A stretch of 64,000 nt of DNA from Klebsormidium nitens (taxonomy: Eukaryota > Plantae > Klebsormidiophyceae). The notes under the pieces are model-generated. The model saw only the letters and a program-made list of their open reading frames with translations, was not told the origin of the DNA and did no database searches. The stretch covers positions 50,626 through 114,625 of the forward strand of contig DF236974.1 in NCBI GenBank assembly GCA_000708835.1, in the 5' to 3' direction. The stretch's first letter is position 1. Each line of letters begins with the position of its first letter. Position numbers and translations under genes: made by a program. Below are positions 1-13,774 of the stretch, piece after piece.

Positions 1-513
1 CGACAGCTTGCTGCAGTGATCGACCCGCTCTGCCTTTTATGCGCGATGTACGTATTTAGGATGACGCTCGGCGAATTAATAGCTAAATTTTGGTCATTCT
101 TCCATGAAAGCACGGGACTGCAGGCCGCTAATATATGCCACAACCCATATGCCCACGCTATGTAGGCTAAGATGCACGTGTGCAAGTTGCCACCGACCGT
201 GACTTCCTTTGCATGATGGGCGTGGTATATTCATGATTGCGAGTGTAAAGGAATGATACCACACCATATTGATTGTTCTGTTTATAGATCCAGATCATGG
301 ACCGTCAAAAACCTTGCCGCGCAAGCCATAGCCGCAACCGCAGCCAAGCACAACACTCTCAGCGGGGCATGGCAATCACCAATGTTTTCAGTCAGGCTTA
401 CCCCCTGGCACATGTTTATTTGTTCTAAACCCGTGTCTAGATAGAACATAATCAGTCAAAACGCGTCTAAAGCATGATACCCGTGACAGAATCCCCATGA
501 TTATCGTCCGAGT

Positions 514-3500
514 CTACAACTCCTTCTTAGGTGCCGTTTCGGCGGCCTCTTCCTTCACTTTTGTAGGTGCGGTATCTTTCGATCGGGTCCGCGGCGGAGG
601 GAAAGCCTTGCCCAAGAGAACAACTATGATTGGTACGACTGTGCCTATGAAGTACACCGACCGGTAGGCGGCGATCGTATCCCGGAACGATAGAAGCTGC
701 ACACAAAAAGGCATTAATCAGCCGCCTCCTCCACAGAAGCGCTCACAAGAACTGGCGCCAAGCACAAATGCAACTCGAATATAAAGAAAGTGTGTTTCAC
801 AACGTATTTGCAACGACAACGATCGACGAAGATTCGGGAGCCCAGATCGGGGCAGCGAAGAGGTATGAACGCATTCACACTAATCGAAAGTGTCGATACG
901 TGTGTGCGGACAAGCAGGGGTGAGGGAGTCAACGCGCGTGGGCGGGACATACCACGAAGCCGCTGCAGGCATAGTTGTTTGCCAGCGCAGAATAGAACCA
1001 GTGCAAGAAGTATGTGACGGGCCAGGCGCTAGGGACTGCGGCTTTCACGGCGAGGAAGTACTTGTGAAGAACTGGAGACAGCAAACGGAGGGCATTGATC
1101 AGACGGGCGTTTTCTCGCACCCCTAATTTGAGGAGAGGGCACTCACGACGAAGCCAAGCAGGACAGGGTTGCAAAGCATCGCGTAAGCACGGTGGGCCAA
1201 GTTGAGCGCGGCCCGGGATACAGAAGAGCGCTCCGGCAGCGCGCGCTGATACCGGTGGATCGCTGGTGAGGGAGGGCGGGGCGCCGGGTCAGGGAAACGC
1301 AGCCAAAACTTTCTGTTCTAACCGGAACTTGGTAGCTTGCGCAATGAGAGGTCTTGGCTCAATACATCCACCTACGGATCCACAGACTCCTCCGCATATC
1401 TCTCAAGCCCTGCAGTCTGCCTCTCTCACTTGCCTGTGGCAGATAGCTCCCCTCTTCGCTCGTTGCTGAACTGCAAACCAGGTTCCATGACTTTCTTTGT
1501 CCCTCCATCAGGGTGCATGTAAAGACCCGACACTAATCAAAGAAGCGTGCTCCAAAAAAAGTTCAAAGCAGCATCAGAAGGAACGTAGAGGAGTGGCTCA
1601 CTTCTGGATCCCGAAATCATGATCGCGCTGTTGACGAAGAAGCACATGTACCCCGGGTACAGCCCCTGCAGAGCGCCAGCATACGGTCGCAGTCAGCGCT
1701 TCCGAAAAACCGGCTTCTGCTTCGACCGTCCGATTATCCCACAGTAACATTCTGTCCACCATGAAAAGCTCATTTGAAGGCAGCTAGGCAACTTCTGACT
1801 CCGGCTCCGTTGACAACAAGCCTCCTCAATTACTGCTACACCCCGCAAGGGCCTCCGTGATCGGATCGTCCCAACATAGCCTCAAGCCGAGAACATAAGG
1901 AACATGAAACAAAAGTCTCTGCTGCTCGCGCCGTTTGAAATCGAGTAAGCCAATATCACAGGTTTGACGAATTTAGGAATGGCAACTCAAATGAGGAGAA
2001 GAGGCGACTAGAACACTTACGTGCCAGATTGCGCTGGTCGCCTGGGTGGCCAGCAGCTCCTGGAAGCCCGCCTTTCGCCCCTTCCTCGTTAGCCGATCGT
2101 AAACGTCTGTGATCTGAATGTCAAGGGTGCCACGCAGCAAAGAGCGCACAACAAGTATCCTTCCTTAAAACCCTGACTCGCCGAGTTGGTAGAGTGAAGT
2201 CCTGGGACGCAGAACCCTACAATCGGTGCACCAGAGACGAAGCAAAGGCCTGACCTAGTCGACCAAGAGTGACCAGGGAAGATGAAGATTACAACCATTT
2301 TGAGCTACTGCCAAGCCTTCCCGTTGCAAGCGAAAGGCGCCTGGAAGCGACACAGACGGCCGTTAAGTGTCTGACGCACGCATTCGACACTTGGTCAAGA
2401 AGGCCTTGACTCTGTTGGGTGCTGAGAAGGTTTTTGACATGGGCAAAGAAGCTCGTGACTGATCTTGACAACGGCTGGCACCAAAGAATGATGCAAGGCG
2501 AAGTCCTCGATACTCTTCGTAGGGAATGCTGACAGCTGAGTAGGGTACACTCCTCCCCCCTGTCTCCACCGATAAAAGGTCAGCTGACGGGATGACTACC
2601 CAGACCGAACCTGAGATCCGGCGAGCGGCGGAGAAAATCCTGTTTTCGGCCGCAGACTCCGCCAAAACCTATCCAAAAAACATTTAACACTTTCTCTTGA
2701 ATGCAGAAATCTGTCGTGAAAAGGATACACAATCGAAGCCAGTTCCCGACTTGGATGTTCCAGTAGTGCGGCAATGTGACCGCACTCTCTGCCAGCTCCA
2801 CCTTCAGGATGTCCGCATTCTTCGCCATGGTCCTGGGGGGGCAGACAAGCAGAGATTCGGCGCTGGGCAAGGGCAAGAGTACTGACTGGGCAGTTTTAGG
2901 GGGTTAGTTCGCATTCACGCGAGGTTCAGTGCAGATGGAAGGAGGCAATAAGATCCGGCGAAACTATAAGCTGTGAATAAGCAGACGGGAGTCTGCTCGG
3001 AAGGGGAGGCCTGACTTCCAGTCAAGGGTTTCTTCGGTGGTCGACGCGTGCAAGACCGACAAAACCCTACACGATTCGACATCAAAAGCAGATGTCTCTA
3101 CAGTTGGAAACTAAGTTTTGACGTGAGGCCAGGAGATCGGTCCTTCACGGGAACATGGAAAGTACTTAGTTCTAAGTACGCTGTGCGCTACCTGTTATAA
3201 TGCTCCCTACGCCCAGCTCAGCCATCGGACAGAGTGTTCCAAGGACGAGCCAGCTTTGCGCGGACCCTTACCACGTGGCTCGTTTCTGTTCGTCGTAGCC
3301 GGAGAAGCCCTGGCCCGAGAGGATGAGCGCGCACTCGGAGATGGACCAGATGAAGTAGTACTTCCACCGGGTGACCAGGCCCACCAGGTACTGGAACCAC
3401 AGCCTGCAGAAGACGGGGTAAATAAAGTCAATCAGAAATGACAGACAGGTACGTGTCTTATGTTGTGTGAGTTGTTGTTCTTCTGTACAAGCTGTAGGAT

Positions 3501-6200
3501 CAAAGTACCAAACAGGACCGAAAAACTGATTGATTCTCTTACATTTCTCAAGCAGAATGATCTCTGCATTTACCAACTTAGGACTAGGGGACTACTTTCG
3601 CGGTGTTTGCCCAGGTTTAAGGGGACTGCTTTTCGCAAGAAGGACGAAGGACTCCCACTCTGCATCAACGACTGGTCCTGAACAACTAGGTGATGAACAA
3701 TGCTCGTCCTTGGACTTACAATATGGGTGATCGAACCAAGAGCTTCACTTCGAGGATGGACCAAAGAGGGGCAGGCAGGTGAACATGAACCCGTGATTGC
3801 TCGGACCGCCCTACGTCTGGTTCTTACAATGGAAGCAAAGAAAACTTTTAGATCGAAAGGCAGATCAATATTATCTCATCGATCAAGCAGGGAAAGTTGA
3901 GAGACCCGGCCCACGACCCGGATGTGTGACCATTCAGCAATGGAGAATCGGCACTGAGGAGAAGTATTTACAGGCAAACACGGCCCCCCAAAACTAGGAC
4001 GAGTTTCGGGTTATCTCCCTTCGATCGCTTGACGATGACGAGAAATGGGCTTCGATTCTGAGGGTGACCGCTGAGTTGTTCAGCATTGACTCGTTGCAAG
4101 TAGCAACGGGCTCTCATAAAAACCATCACAATGGAATAAGAATTGCAACCGCTGCTCGCAAGGTTACCGAGGTCCACAAACGGCGCACTCCATCCAAAAA
4201 GAAAGGTATGTTGCGAAAGGGAGAGAACTTCTTACCTTTTTAAGAAGGACGAGTTGGCGTAGTCAGGAGAGGCGAAGTAGCTGATTGGGGCGATGGGCGT
4301 GAGGTACTGATAGATAGCCATGGAAACGGCCGTCTTGACAAGTGCCAAACCGCAGGCCTTGTATGGAGACGGCCACGATTTCTTGTCGAGGCTCCATTCC
4401 TACGATGATCGCAAAAACAGGGCCTTCCGTCAGGATGAATGAGCCATACCGAAGACTTTACGAGGTTGAGAGAAGCAAGCTCAAAATAAGTGATTTTGAT
4501 ACATGAAACTCAAGAACAACATTTGTATCAATATACCAAGACGTTTAAGCGAAGCACTTCTTTGCACAAAACTTCTTTAGGAAAGACGCCAGGCTCAAAC
4601 GTCTGCAGTAGGTCGAGATTTCCAGCAAAGTCTCTCCACACCAATAGAAGTCACCAAACAACTTTTCGAACATTCCTTATCCTCAGTCAAAATGAAGTAG
4701 CCGCCTCGTTTGAGGGCCATCCAACGCACCCGTTTCCTCTCTGTGTATGCCAGGTAGTCCGCCATCTCAAAGGGAGGCCCCGCGAGGAGCGTTGCGTCTG
4801 AGAAGATGAAACCCAGGAACTCGAGGGAGGTAGGGAGGCGGGTCAGGCGGAACTTCTTCTGAGTGGGGCGCAGGTCGCTCTCTGGTAGCATCCCGTCTTG
4901 GTAGTTTACAGCGGCGGAGATGACCTTCAAGGACAGGATCATAAGAGCACCTGCGGCAAATGCGAAGCAGTCGATGTTGATGAATGCTGATAGTTTCGAG
5001 GACTTGTGAAGGCCCCAAGCAAGCATGGCGAAGGGCAGAAGCTTCTTCTGAAAGGAGGGGCGCATAATCAGAGCTGCTATGACTTAGGAAGCGTCAAGCA
5101 ACAATGAAGACCTGGTGCCCTTTGATAACAGGGGAGCATTGTGAGCACAGAATTTAAGGTAGGGTGCCAATGAGGCGGCAGGGATGTACGTGTGCTACTT
5201 TCTCTTAGTATAAGGCCGCCTGCAAACTGGTCTCCTGAAATGGCAGCTCCGCAGATCGTCTCAGCCAAGCGAATGGTTGCGTAGAAGTGGCAGTAGTAAC
5301 AGGGCTTGTTAAGGATTGGAGGGCTCGCACTAAAGAAGAAGGCTCGCTGTCAAGGTAAAGGCAGAAAAGCAGAATCTGCGACATGGTCCTTGATATGCTT
5401 CTGCCCCAAGCGAAGGGGCGCCTATCCTTCTGGTTAAGAACTCAATAAGTGAGCTCTCCGAATCTTCGAGCAAGATGCGACGGTGCTTGCTGTGAAAAAA
5501 ACGGGAGCGCTCACCTGTGAAGTCGATGTTCCCTTTCTTCCAGGAGTCACCGCTCATGTAAGTGACATGGCTGCCCAGGAAACAAAAGCGAGCCAGGTAA
5601 GTGTCCTATTTCACAAAGTGCTCCCTTAGGAAGCTCAGAGACTCGTACGAGGCAATGAAGAAAACACTTACTCTAGCGAGTGCATCGTGAGCAATCCTGT
5701 TAGACGTATTTGCAATGCCACATCTAGAATGGCACTTTAGCGCCACCATTTGCGTTCCTTGAAATCGACATGGTCATTCTTGGATTTGAGCGATGGCCTT
5801 GAGGCTCATTTGGATTCCGAACCTCCCATCTGCATGCAGATCATGAAGCAAACACTGCAAACTCTTTGATTGCGTTTGGATACAGGGAATGGATCGCCTG
5901 CGCTTACCAGTAGATGAGGAAGGCAAACGTGAGGAAGAACGTGATCGTCCCTGCCTTCTTCCTGTACAGAACCATGCTCAGGTATGCCATCACGACCGGG
6001 ATGTAGAGGTAAACCACCTCATTGCCAAAGCAGAGGTAGGTAAGAATGGCCCCGCCTGCAAATGCATAGAGGTGCCGACCAGCCACTGTGGGGACAAAGC
6101 GGTGGAAGAAGGCAACCGGGATCGTGCTTAGGAAGCAGACCAAGTAGTGGAACACAGGGAGGGACAGGCCCAGGGCGGAGGCCAGCTGCGTGTTCACCAT
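514..6200 (-). CDS. LPLAT: MBOAT-family lysophospholipid acyltransferase (LPLAT/LPCAT), 10 exons
   Basis: Exons 6200-5908, 5570-5515, 4950-4730, 4399-4236, 3403-3272, 2832-2729, 2106-2021, 1665-1602, 1071-953, 696-514, all GT-AG and in phase. Motifs HVTYMSGDSWKKGNIDFTGALMILSLKVIS, RWKYYFIWSISE, WNIQVGNWLR, SAIWHGLYPGY (catalytic His) and YRSVYFIGT match plant LPLAT1/2 as recalled. Confidence 0.95.
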
Positions 6201-6851
6201 TGCGACAGCTCGAAACAAACAGAGAATGGAGATTCAGAACCCGCAGGCGCTGCAGAGAGCTCTCCGCCTCAGGATGACACCATTGACCTTAGGCAACTGT
6301 GAAGCTGGCTGCCAGACCCATTCCTGCAAGCGCCTTGCAAAGGCTGTGCGCCACAGAAGCGCCAGCGACTTTCCAACTTTCTTGCCTCAAGTTCCACGCA
6401 ACACCATGCCAGCTGGCCGCGCTGGCAGTGGAGGCAGCGCAGCGCTGTGAGATTCGAGTGTACGCCGGTATTCAGACCCTTGTTGTCTGGACAGGATCCA
6501 ACGGCTTAGATGTGCTTTTGCAGAAACAAGGCAGGCTGCAGCTGCCCACCTTCCGATGATGCAGCTGACCACTGATTGAAGCAGCAGCATTGGAATTTGG
6601 ATACGCAAACCTGATCCTTTCTTGCCGCCAAAATCTAAAGTTGCCACATTTGCCAGGGCGTCGTTGACGACCGAAAGAAATTGTTGCCTTCAGATTTGAA
6701 GACTTTGGTGAGTCTGACCTTCCTCCACTACAGCTAGAGTTGCAGCTGGGCAGAAACTTTTCATTAGCCAGAAGCTCCAGCAGCGCTTCATCGCAAGGAA
6801 AATGTTTTGAATTCCACATGGTGGTACACAAGCTGTTGTTGCCCTTTCAAC

Positions 6852-8767
6852 ATGGTGGTGGGGCCACATTGCTGCGCGCAGGCAAAATATGTAACTTTGG
6901 ATTCGTTAAGTCGGCAATGGTCAACAGCTGGCAAGCGCGATCTGCATTTCCCCGCCAGATGTGATGCCCAGCAAATGCCCCGCAATCGGAGTCACAATGT
7001 TAGGAGAGCTTCTCATTCTGCGGGTCTGCTTCTGGGGCTTGCAAAAGCGCCAGCTGTTCAAGTAGAAACCCAAATCAAACGGTTGCAATTGCACCACCAA
7101 TTGGTTTCCGGACCAAACCTTTTCAGTGTCGATCGCCGCCTGTCTTTGCCGGTCACTTGCAACGCAAAGGGCAAGCACGAATCGCAAGTCGGCGCCAGTG
7201 CAGAATCGAAACCAGACGTAGCCATTTCTGATGCCTCTGAAGAAAGTCCAAAGCAGCCCCTTAGGCTCATCCTGCTGCGCCATGCCAAGAGCTCTTGGGA
7301 CGACCCAAGCTTAAAAGACCACGAGCGGCCCCTCAATAATAGGGGCCGGAAGGCGGCACCAAACGTCGCGGCGCAGCTCCGCTCGCGAGGTGAGGATCAT
7401 CTATGGTCAACCAGACTGCTCTGATTCATCCGTACATTTCCTCCAGATACTGCTCCAAATGGTGCAATTCCAGTAAGTTACTGGTGAGGCTGAGTACCCC
7501 GTGAATATGCTTCTCCACACCCCGCTCGCTTGCGTCAAGCAATCTGGGACTAATGTTGTGCAGGAATTGCCAGATGGACTTTACTTTGTATCCTTTGTGT
7601 CCAAACAGCGCGATCCTCGAACTGGTTTTCAGTAGGTAAGTGCACGTTTGCAGCCCCTTGACCAACATCAAGATCACCTCAGCCCAAGTGACTCTAACAC
7701 AAGTCAGGGCTGGAAGTTAGATGGCAGGTCAACGCCTGGCGCAACATACAATTTCTTCTTTTGCAGGCTGGCTTCCGGAGCTCATACTCAGTAGTGACTC
7801 TGTCAGGACGCAGGAGACCCTACAAGGGATGCGCGGTGAATGGGGAGAGCTCGCAGACGTGCCAACTGAATTTCTACACAGTTTTTATGAGGTCAGTATT
7901 GGTAAAACGAGCTTTTTATTGTGGATACGAACGGGGTTAGTCGGAGTTACTTTGAAAGCTGAAGACTTTTGTTGCCTTGGCAGTCTGGCGGGTGCCCACC
8001 TTCATAATTGTAGAGAAGAAAGAGGAAAAGGGGGAAAGACACGCTTTGTGGGTCGCTGCGCATTCGGCCACTCCTTCGAGGTTGGATAACAAATCTGATC
8101 CCCCTTTCTGAAACGTAAACAGGCTGTTGCATTGTTTCACCAGAAATGCGCAAGCATTTGTGTGGCTTACTTTTGTCACACTTTTGTGCCCGCATGGCAG
8201 AGATATTGTGTCTTTCTTCTAATCATTCGAGTGCCATCTAGTCATTGTGCCAAAAGTTGAAATCGTCACGAGACTTGCCTTCACATCTGATATTTAGTAT
8301 CTGGGACTTCCTTTCCTGGTGAGCGCCTTCACCCGCTGCTCGTCTGAGTAGCTACGTTTGACTCCCGCTCAAGTGCTAAATGATGAGCTTCTATGAGCAG
8401 GGTGAGCACTCTTAAATGGCAGGCAACTTCAGTCAATCTGCCTTTCCTCTTTAAAGGCGGCAGGCAACAAACTAAGCAACTTTATCATGCGGATCAGGTG
8501 GCAGCCACGGAAGACGGCCTCACCGACACGCCCCGACTTCTAAAAGAGGCTGTGATCGAGAAAGCGGAAGCGGCTCGGAGTGCAATGCTAGTGGGCCACA
8601 ACATGGGATGGGAACAGGCGGCTAGTCAGTTTGCGGGCAAGTTCGTCCCGATGAAAACGGCATATGCGGTGCTGCTTGAGAGCCCGTGCTCGAGTTGGAA
8701 AGAGGCCTTTCAAGAAAGGTGGCATCTTGTGGCGGTGGTCAAGCCGGAGTCATCAAAGGCGTCATAA
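6852..8767 (+). CDS. SixA-like histidine phosphatase (phosphoglycerate mutase superfamily) with probable organellar transit peptide
   Basis: Exons ~6852-7389, 7767-7891, 8498-8767. Motifs LILLRHAKSSW, DHERPLNNRG, ELILSSDSVRTQET, LVGHNMGWEQ. Start ATG uncertain (first in-frame ATG is 6852). Confidence 0.88.
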
Positions 8768-9832
8768 GTCGCGCGCGATCATAGGATTGAAAAACTCTGT
8801 CTCATAAGTTGCGACTCGACTATGCCGGCACTGAGCACTCAATTGCCACAGTTATCGAGCTTGACAATGCCCGTTCGTTGCCCAAGAAGTGATCCTAGCA
8901 AAATTGTCTTCCTTGAAACAAGCAGCCGGGCTGTGCATGTCGATCAGAAGCAGGCTGGTGCGTGTTGAGCAAAAACATGAGCCATGGACCTAGCTGCTTC
9001 AAGACAAGACGTTTCCTACTATGTGCTAGCTCTACAACTCTAGAAACCCATTTAGACGGAGTATGTGCAAATCTCGTTGCAAACAAGCTGAGTATGAAAT
9101 AACTTACGAGAAGCTCATTGCAGCCCGTGGCGCTATCAATATCCGAGACAGCTGCCAGTGATTAAACATACCAGATCTCCAGACGGATATCCGGACCGTC
9201 TACCGACTGGTGCCTAATCTGCTGTCATCGACCTCGTCACCTCGGATAACAATACATACATCACATTATAAAACCGTACTGAAGCATGGGGTTTGATTGA
9301 GTACGTGGGGTCAAGGCCGTGTTTTGTCCAACAAGCTATCAGCTACCTCAGCATGCAAGATCTTACTACCGCAATGGCAAATCTTGATGGTGACATACAT
9401 TTAATGCTCGCCTGATTCGAAATTACAATCCACTTTTGAACGGGTGAATTTTCAAAGAATTCACGGTGAGTATGTCTGGTATGGCTAGCTGGGACCCACG
9501 AATTGGACGAATTTGCAAATGCGACGCCAAAATTAAGCTTATGTATGGCACATTGGGGCCTGAAAGGAGCCAATGAACTGAGCAATGCACGAGCAATGCG
9601 ACGTACAAATTTCCGAGCCCAGAGGAAGCATTGGGGGAGAAAAGGAGAAGCAACGGCGAGAAAGTACTAAAGATGATCCACGAATCCACTGATGCGAATT
9701 GCAGTGTGTCAAAATCAGAAGTTGCATTTAAAAGAGGACAGATGCGAACCCAAGCAAACGTGCCGTCGGCTGAGTGACGAAGACCAAAAGTGAAAAAGAA
9801 CGAGGGATGATCAAATGGGAGAAGCATAAATC

Positions 9833-9936
9833 CGCCGGAGGAGGGGCTCGAACCCTCGACCACAAGGTGTGCTGTAGACGTCCGCAGAACGGATGTCAGT
9901 AAGAGCCTTGCGCTCTACCAACTGAGCTACCCCGGC
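9833..9936 (-). tRNA. trnK-CTT: tRNA-Lys(CTT) with 31-nt intron (9899-9869) after position 37
   Basis: Minus strand: GCCGGGG acceptor, D arm TAGCTCAGTTGGTAGAGC, anticodon stem CAAGG/CCTTG with loop CT-CTT-A[intron]A, T arm GAGGG-TTCGAGC-CCCTC, CTCCGGC-G. CAA motif just upstream; T5 Pol III terminator at 9797-9793. Confidence 0.93.
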
Positions 9937-10184
9937 AAGTTTGGATGGTACATGGCTCGCCCGCTAAGAATATGTACCCTACAAAATGCCAACTTAAGAC
10001 CAGGAAAATGCGACAGGTGGCACGTTTCGAGTGGCCAAGAACTTACTTCCTGGGCGCCTCTGGGGATCCCCTATAAACTTGCGCCTCGAGTTCACTACGG
10101 TAGCTGGCGCAGTCTTCTCTAACGCCCGAGCAATGCACACGACAGCTAGTTCATTGCGCGTCCACGAGGTGCCCACATTTTGAT

Positions 10185-10209
10185 GTACGGGCTTATGAGA
10201 AGAGAACAT
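10185..10209. promoter_or_regulatory. 25-bp element shared with 27448-27472
   Basis: GTACGGGCTTATGAGAAGAGAACAT is identical at both sites, both preceded by TTTGATG, both between divergent genes. Function unknown. Confidence 0.5.
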
Positions 10210-10381
10210 CATGTACGGAGCTCTGATTGGGCTCCTGGGCTACACGAAAGGAACCATCTGCGCAGATCTTCCTTTCTGTTCACTACTCGGCGACTGTCGA
10301 AAGGTTCAAAACTTAATTGCACGCACTTTTTGACGAACTGAAGCTTCGACTTCAGCGCCTCAGGCTTACTTCCGCTCGAAG

Positions 10382-13300
10382 ATGTTGCAATCGCAGGCCG
10401 CCAGTTGCCAGAGCCTGATCGGAACCTCCTGCCGCCGCATCTTCGCCAGCCGCTGCACCTCTGAGACTTCCAGCAGGGCATTCTCTGCGGCCCCGACCAG
10501 ATTCTTCAACAGCTCAGCTGCCCAGAAGCACCATTCTGTGCCCAGACACGTGGACGCTCTTTCCGCCAGCCAGAGCAGCTTCCGGGGGGTTCAGTTCTCG
10601 CCACTCGTCGCAATTGCAACCAGGAGACAGACAGCAGCTGCACAGCCCCGCGCAATGGCACCGACGGCAGACCTGGAGGTGTTCGGCAAGGCAGTGCCGT
10701 TTACGGGGCAGCCATCGGCGAGGAGAGGCGACTGTGAGTGCCATTACGTTTGTGCTTGGCTCTGATTGCAGTTCTGGTAGGGAGAATGTCATGGCCCTTG
10801 ATGCCTTCTGAAAACCAAGCAAGTTGCATGGATCGAGGCTGCTTTTCTTATCACCTTGCACAGACCACACTAATGGACGAAAGGAGTGGCAACCCATCTG
10901 AGCTGGAGGTTGCATGCATGTGCATGCATGTTTCAGAGCTGCCTGAAACAGGTCACTGTAGCCCACATTGGGTGCCAGGCTTGGTTGCCAAAGTTGGAGC
11001 TGGTGGTTGGATGCCCAGGAGGTTCTATTCAGAGGTTCACTCACACATCATGGTTCCAGCAAACAGTATGACAGTCTGCGGCTTTGCCTGCTTCAGGCCC
11101 CTTCTCGCAGCGCACATACCTGGACCTGGAGGAGAAGAAGCTCCAGTACAAGGGCACCTTTGTGCAGGAGGGAGAGAACGACTCCAAGCCAGACTGGTGA
11201 GATGGCGGTGTTTTTCATCTTGTGGGCAGTCCTTTCGAGAGGGACCCTTGCTTTACAATGTTCTTCCCACGCTACTTGTTTTTTCAACCTGGATCGGATG
11301 AAAACCTGCCTGCCAGTCTTCTCAGCTCCCGTGCCAGCTGTCTCTTAAACCACCTTTGGCAGTACTCTACTGGGTTGAAGTTTGAAAGATTACAGGAGTA
11401 CAAGGTTACGCGTGTTGGGGAATGCTGTCATCGTAAAAGATGGAGGATTTAGCAGCAACTTGGGACCGGATAATTTGTTCTCACGCAACTTTGGAACGTA
11501 TTGCAGGTTCATGAAGAACAACCCGAGCGGGCTGATGCCGGTGCTGCGCGACGGTGACCAGTGGATCCAGGACAGTGACAAGATCTTTGAGCACCTGGAG
11601 AGCAAGTTCCCCGAGCCGTCGCTCAAGCCCTCCGACTCCGCGAAAGAAGTGTAAGCAGTGGTCTCTTGGAACATGAGTTTTTGCTTGTAATGTGCATCTT
11701 CAAGTAATGCTTGACGAATAAAAACTCTGAAGTCTGAGAAAAGCAACGGTAGTCATGGTAGTTATAAGCTCCGCTAAAGCACAAGCTCCAAACCCAGGAA
11801 GGCACCTGCAAGCACCCCCTACCCACCCTAGTCGCCATCGTGCTAGTGCAGTCACCTCCTTTTATTATTAGTGTATTGTCGATTTTCTTGAGTTCGATAT
11901 CAAAAAAGGTGTGCAGTGGCCTTGCAGACTTCATCCCTTAAGGCCACAATCCGCTTAGCCCCAGCACATTGCAGACTTCGCTTGAGAACACTGATGCCCC
12001 AGTCCACGTGGGCACTGAGTACGATTCCTATTTCACCTTTTATCGGTCTTAAAACTAGTGTTTGGAGTACCTTGACTGGTCTGTACGAGCAACAAACAGT
12101 AGCTAAGCATAGTCCGAAGTGCTCAATTTTCGGCTTGCAGAGGCAAGGACATCTTCCCCAAGTTCATGGGCTGGCTCCAGGAGAAGGACCCAAAGGCGGC
12201 TGAGAAGAAGAGCGACTTCGAAGCTGAGCTGAAAAGCTTCGACCAGCACATCAAGCAAAATGTACGTGGCCTCCCGTCATGCGATTTCGTTCCCCTCAAC
12301 TTTTTAGCCGGGCTGCATTGTACAAGTCCTGGACTTCAGATGCTGATTGCAAGCTACCTTATCCATTGCGTGCCGACGAAACTTTCGCTGGGCGTTTGAA
12401 ACTTTACGGACAACAGGTCAGTTTCGGGGGTTCTGGCGAAACTGTTTATTTGCTGCGAATGGGTCCACAGCACGAGACGAGTCTGTTGTCTCCAACGGGC
12501 TCGACGAATCGGGTGTGCATCGAAGTACTCGTAAGCCGCCGACAACCATCTTGATCCGCTGATATCTAACTTCAGATTCCCTCGCACCTAGTAGCCTCTT
12601 CGGAAATGACCAATTTCCCACGCCCAGCCCATACGGTTCCTGATGATAGCTTTTGCTTTTGGTGAGCAGGGTCCGTACATTGACGGCGACAAGATGACGG
12701 ACGCCGACCTCTCCGTGTCGCCTAAGCTGTTGCACGCACGTGTTGCCCTCAAGTACTGGTGAGTCTGTTCATGCGCCCCATTTCCGTTCCTTGTTCAACC
12801 ATCTGATGGACGTCTGCCCAGTTGCCGGACCTCGACGATCTGAATTGGTCGAATATTGCCATTGTTGATGGGCGAGTACCCACCTGTGGTTTCCCGTTTG
12901 ACGCTTGCTGTACCTGAAGACGACACTGAAGAGAGAGAATGCGTAGTTACATTTACCTACTTCCGGGACGGGTCTTGCGTCTCCCGTCTGCACTGCTTAC
13001 GACTCTACTTGATGAACGAAAGTGTTCGGACTTATTTTGACCAATAATGGACACACTAAGATAATCCTCCCGCTTCATTCCATTTCGTTTGGATGACGTA
13101 CCGTGATTCCTTGGTCTTCCCATCGTGAGGCACCCTCTTCCCTTCAAACTCGCGTGATCGCTTCATTGGTCAAGGGTATCTATCACGGGGCGTGAGTTTG
13201 GAAAGTTCCGTGAGCACATGGATTGCTTTTTTGATCAGGTTGCTTTTCTAGACTTCGTGTTTGCTTACTTTCGCTCTTCGAAGACATGTCAAGGAGCTGC

Positions 13301-13774
13301 CGCCGCCTCCCTGTATCCTTATCTGATCGACGTTGACCTTTTGTCTTGCACAGGTACGACTACGAGTTTCCCGCCGAACTGACCGCTGTCAGAGATTACA
13401 TGCACGTGAGTGTTTCAATCCTGGTGTTGCTTTGTGTCTTTCAATCGAGCAGTACAACTGGGCCCTGTCTAGTTGTCCTGAGAGAGAAACTTCAAAACGC
13501 CAAGCCTGTATCCATTGGATTTGATTGCCGAGCCGTTTGCAACTTGCAAAGCAACGGGCGGTGTCGAACTGTTTGCGCCAAGCATTACAAAACTTTCAAA
13601 GTTCGAGAGCTTACTCAGTTCAGAAGAGCCGTGTCCAGTGACGTTAATCTTCTCATGCAGCGGATGGAGGAGCGCCCGTCTTTCCAGAAGACGCGGCCGA
13701 CCGACGACCTCATCATCCAGGGGTGGGGCATGAAGTGCGAGCTGAAGAGCACGCCCGCGGCCGCGGGAGCGTGA
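10382..13774 (+). CDS. DHAR: Dehydroascorbate reductase (GST family) with plastid-type N-terminal extension, 7 exons
   Basis: Exons 10382-10733, 11097-11196, 11507-11650, 12141-12261, 12670-12758, 13354-13405, 13661-13774. Active-site GDCPFSQR, KPDWFMKNNPSGLMPVL, DSDKIFEHLE, GPYIDGDKMTDADLSVSPKL. Confidence 0.95.

Noticed and set aside
10170-10181. GTGCCCACATTT as a plant snRNA USE element
   Set aside because: Imperfect match to RTCCCACATCG, with no TATA box or snRNA body at the expected spacing.
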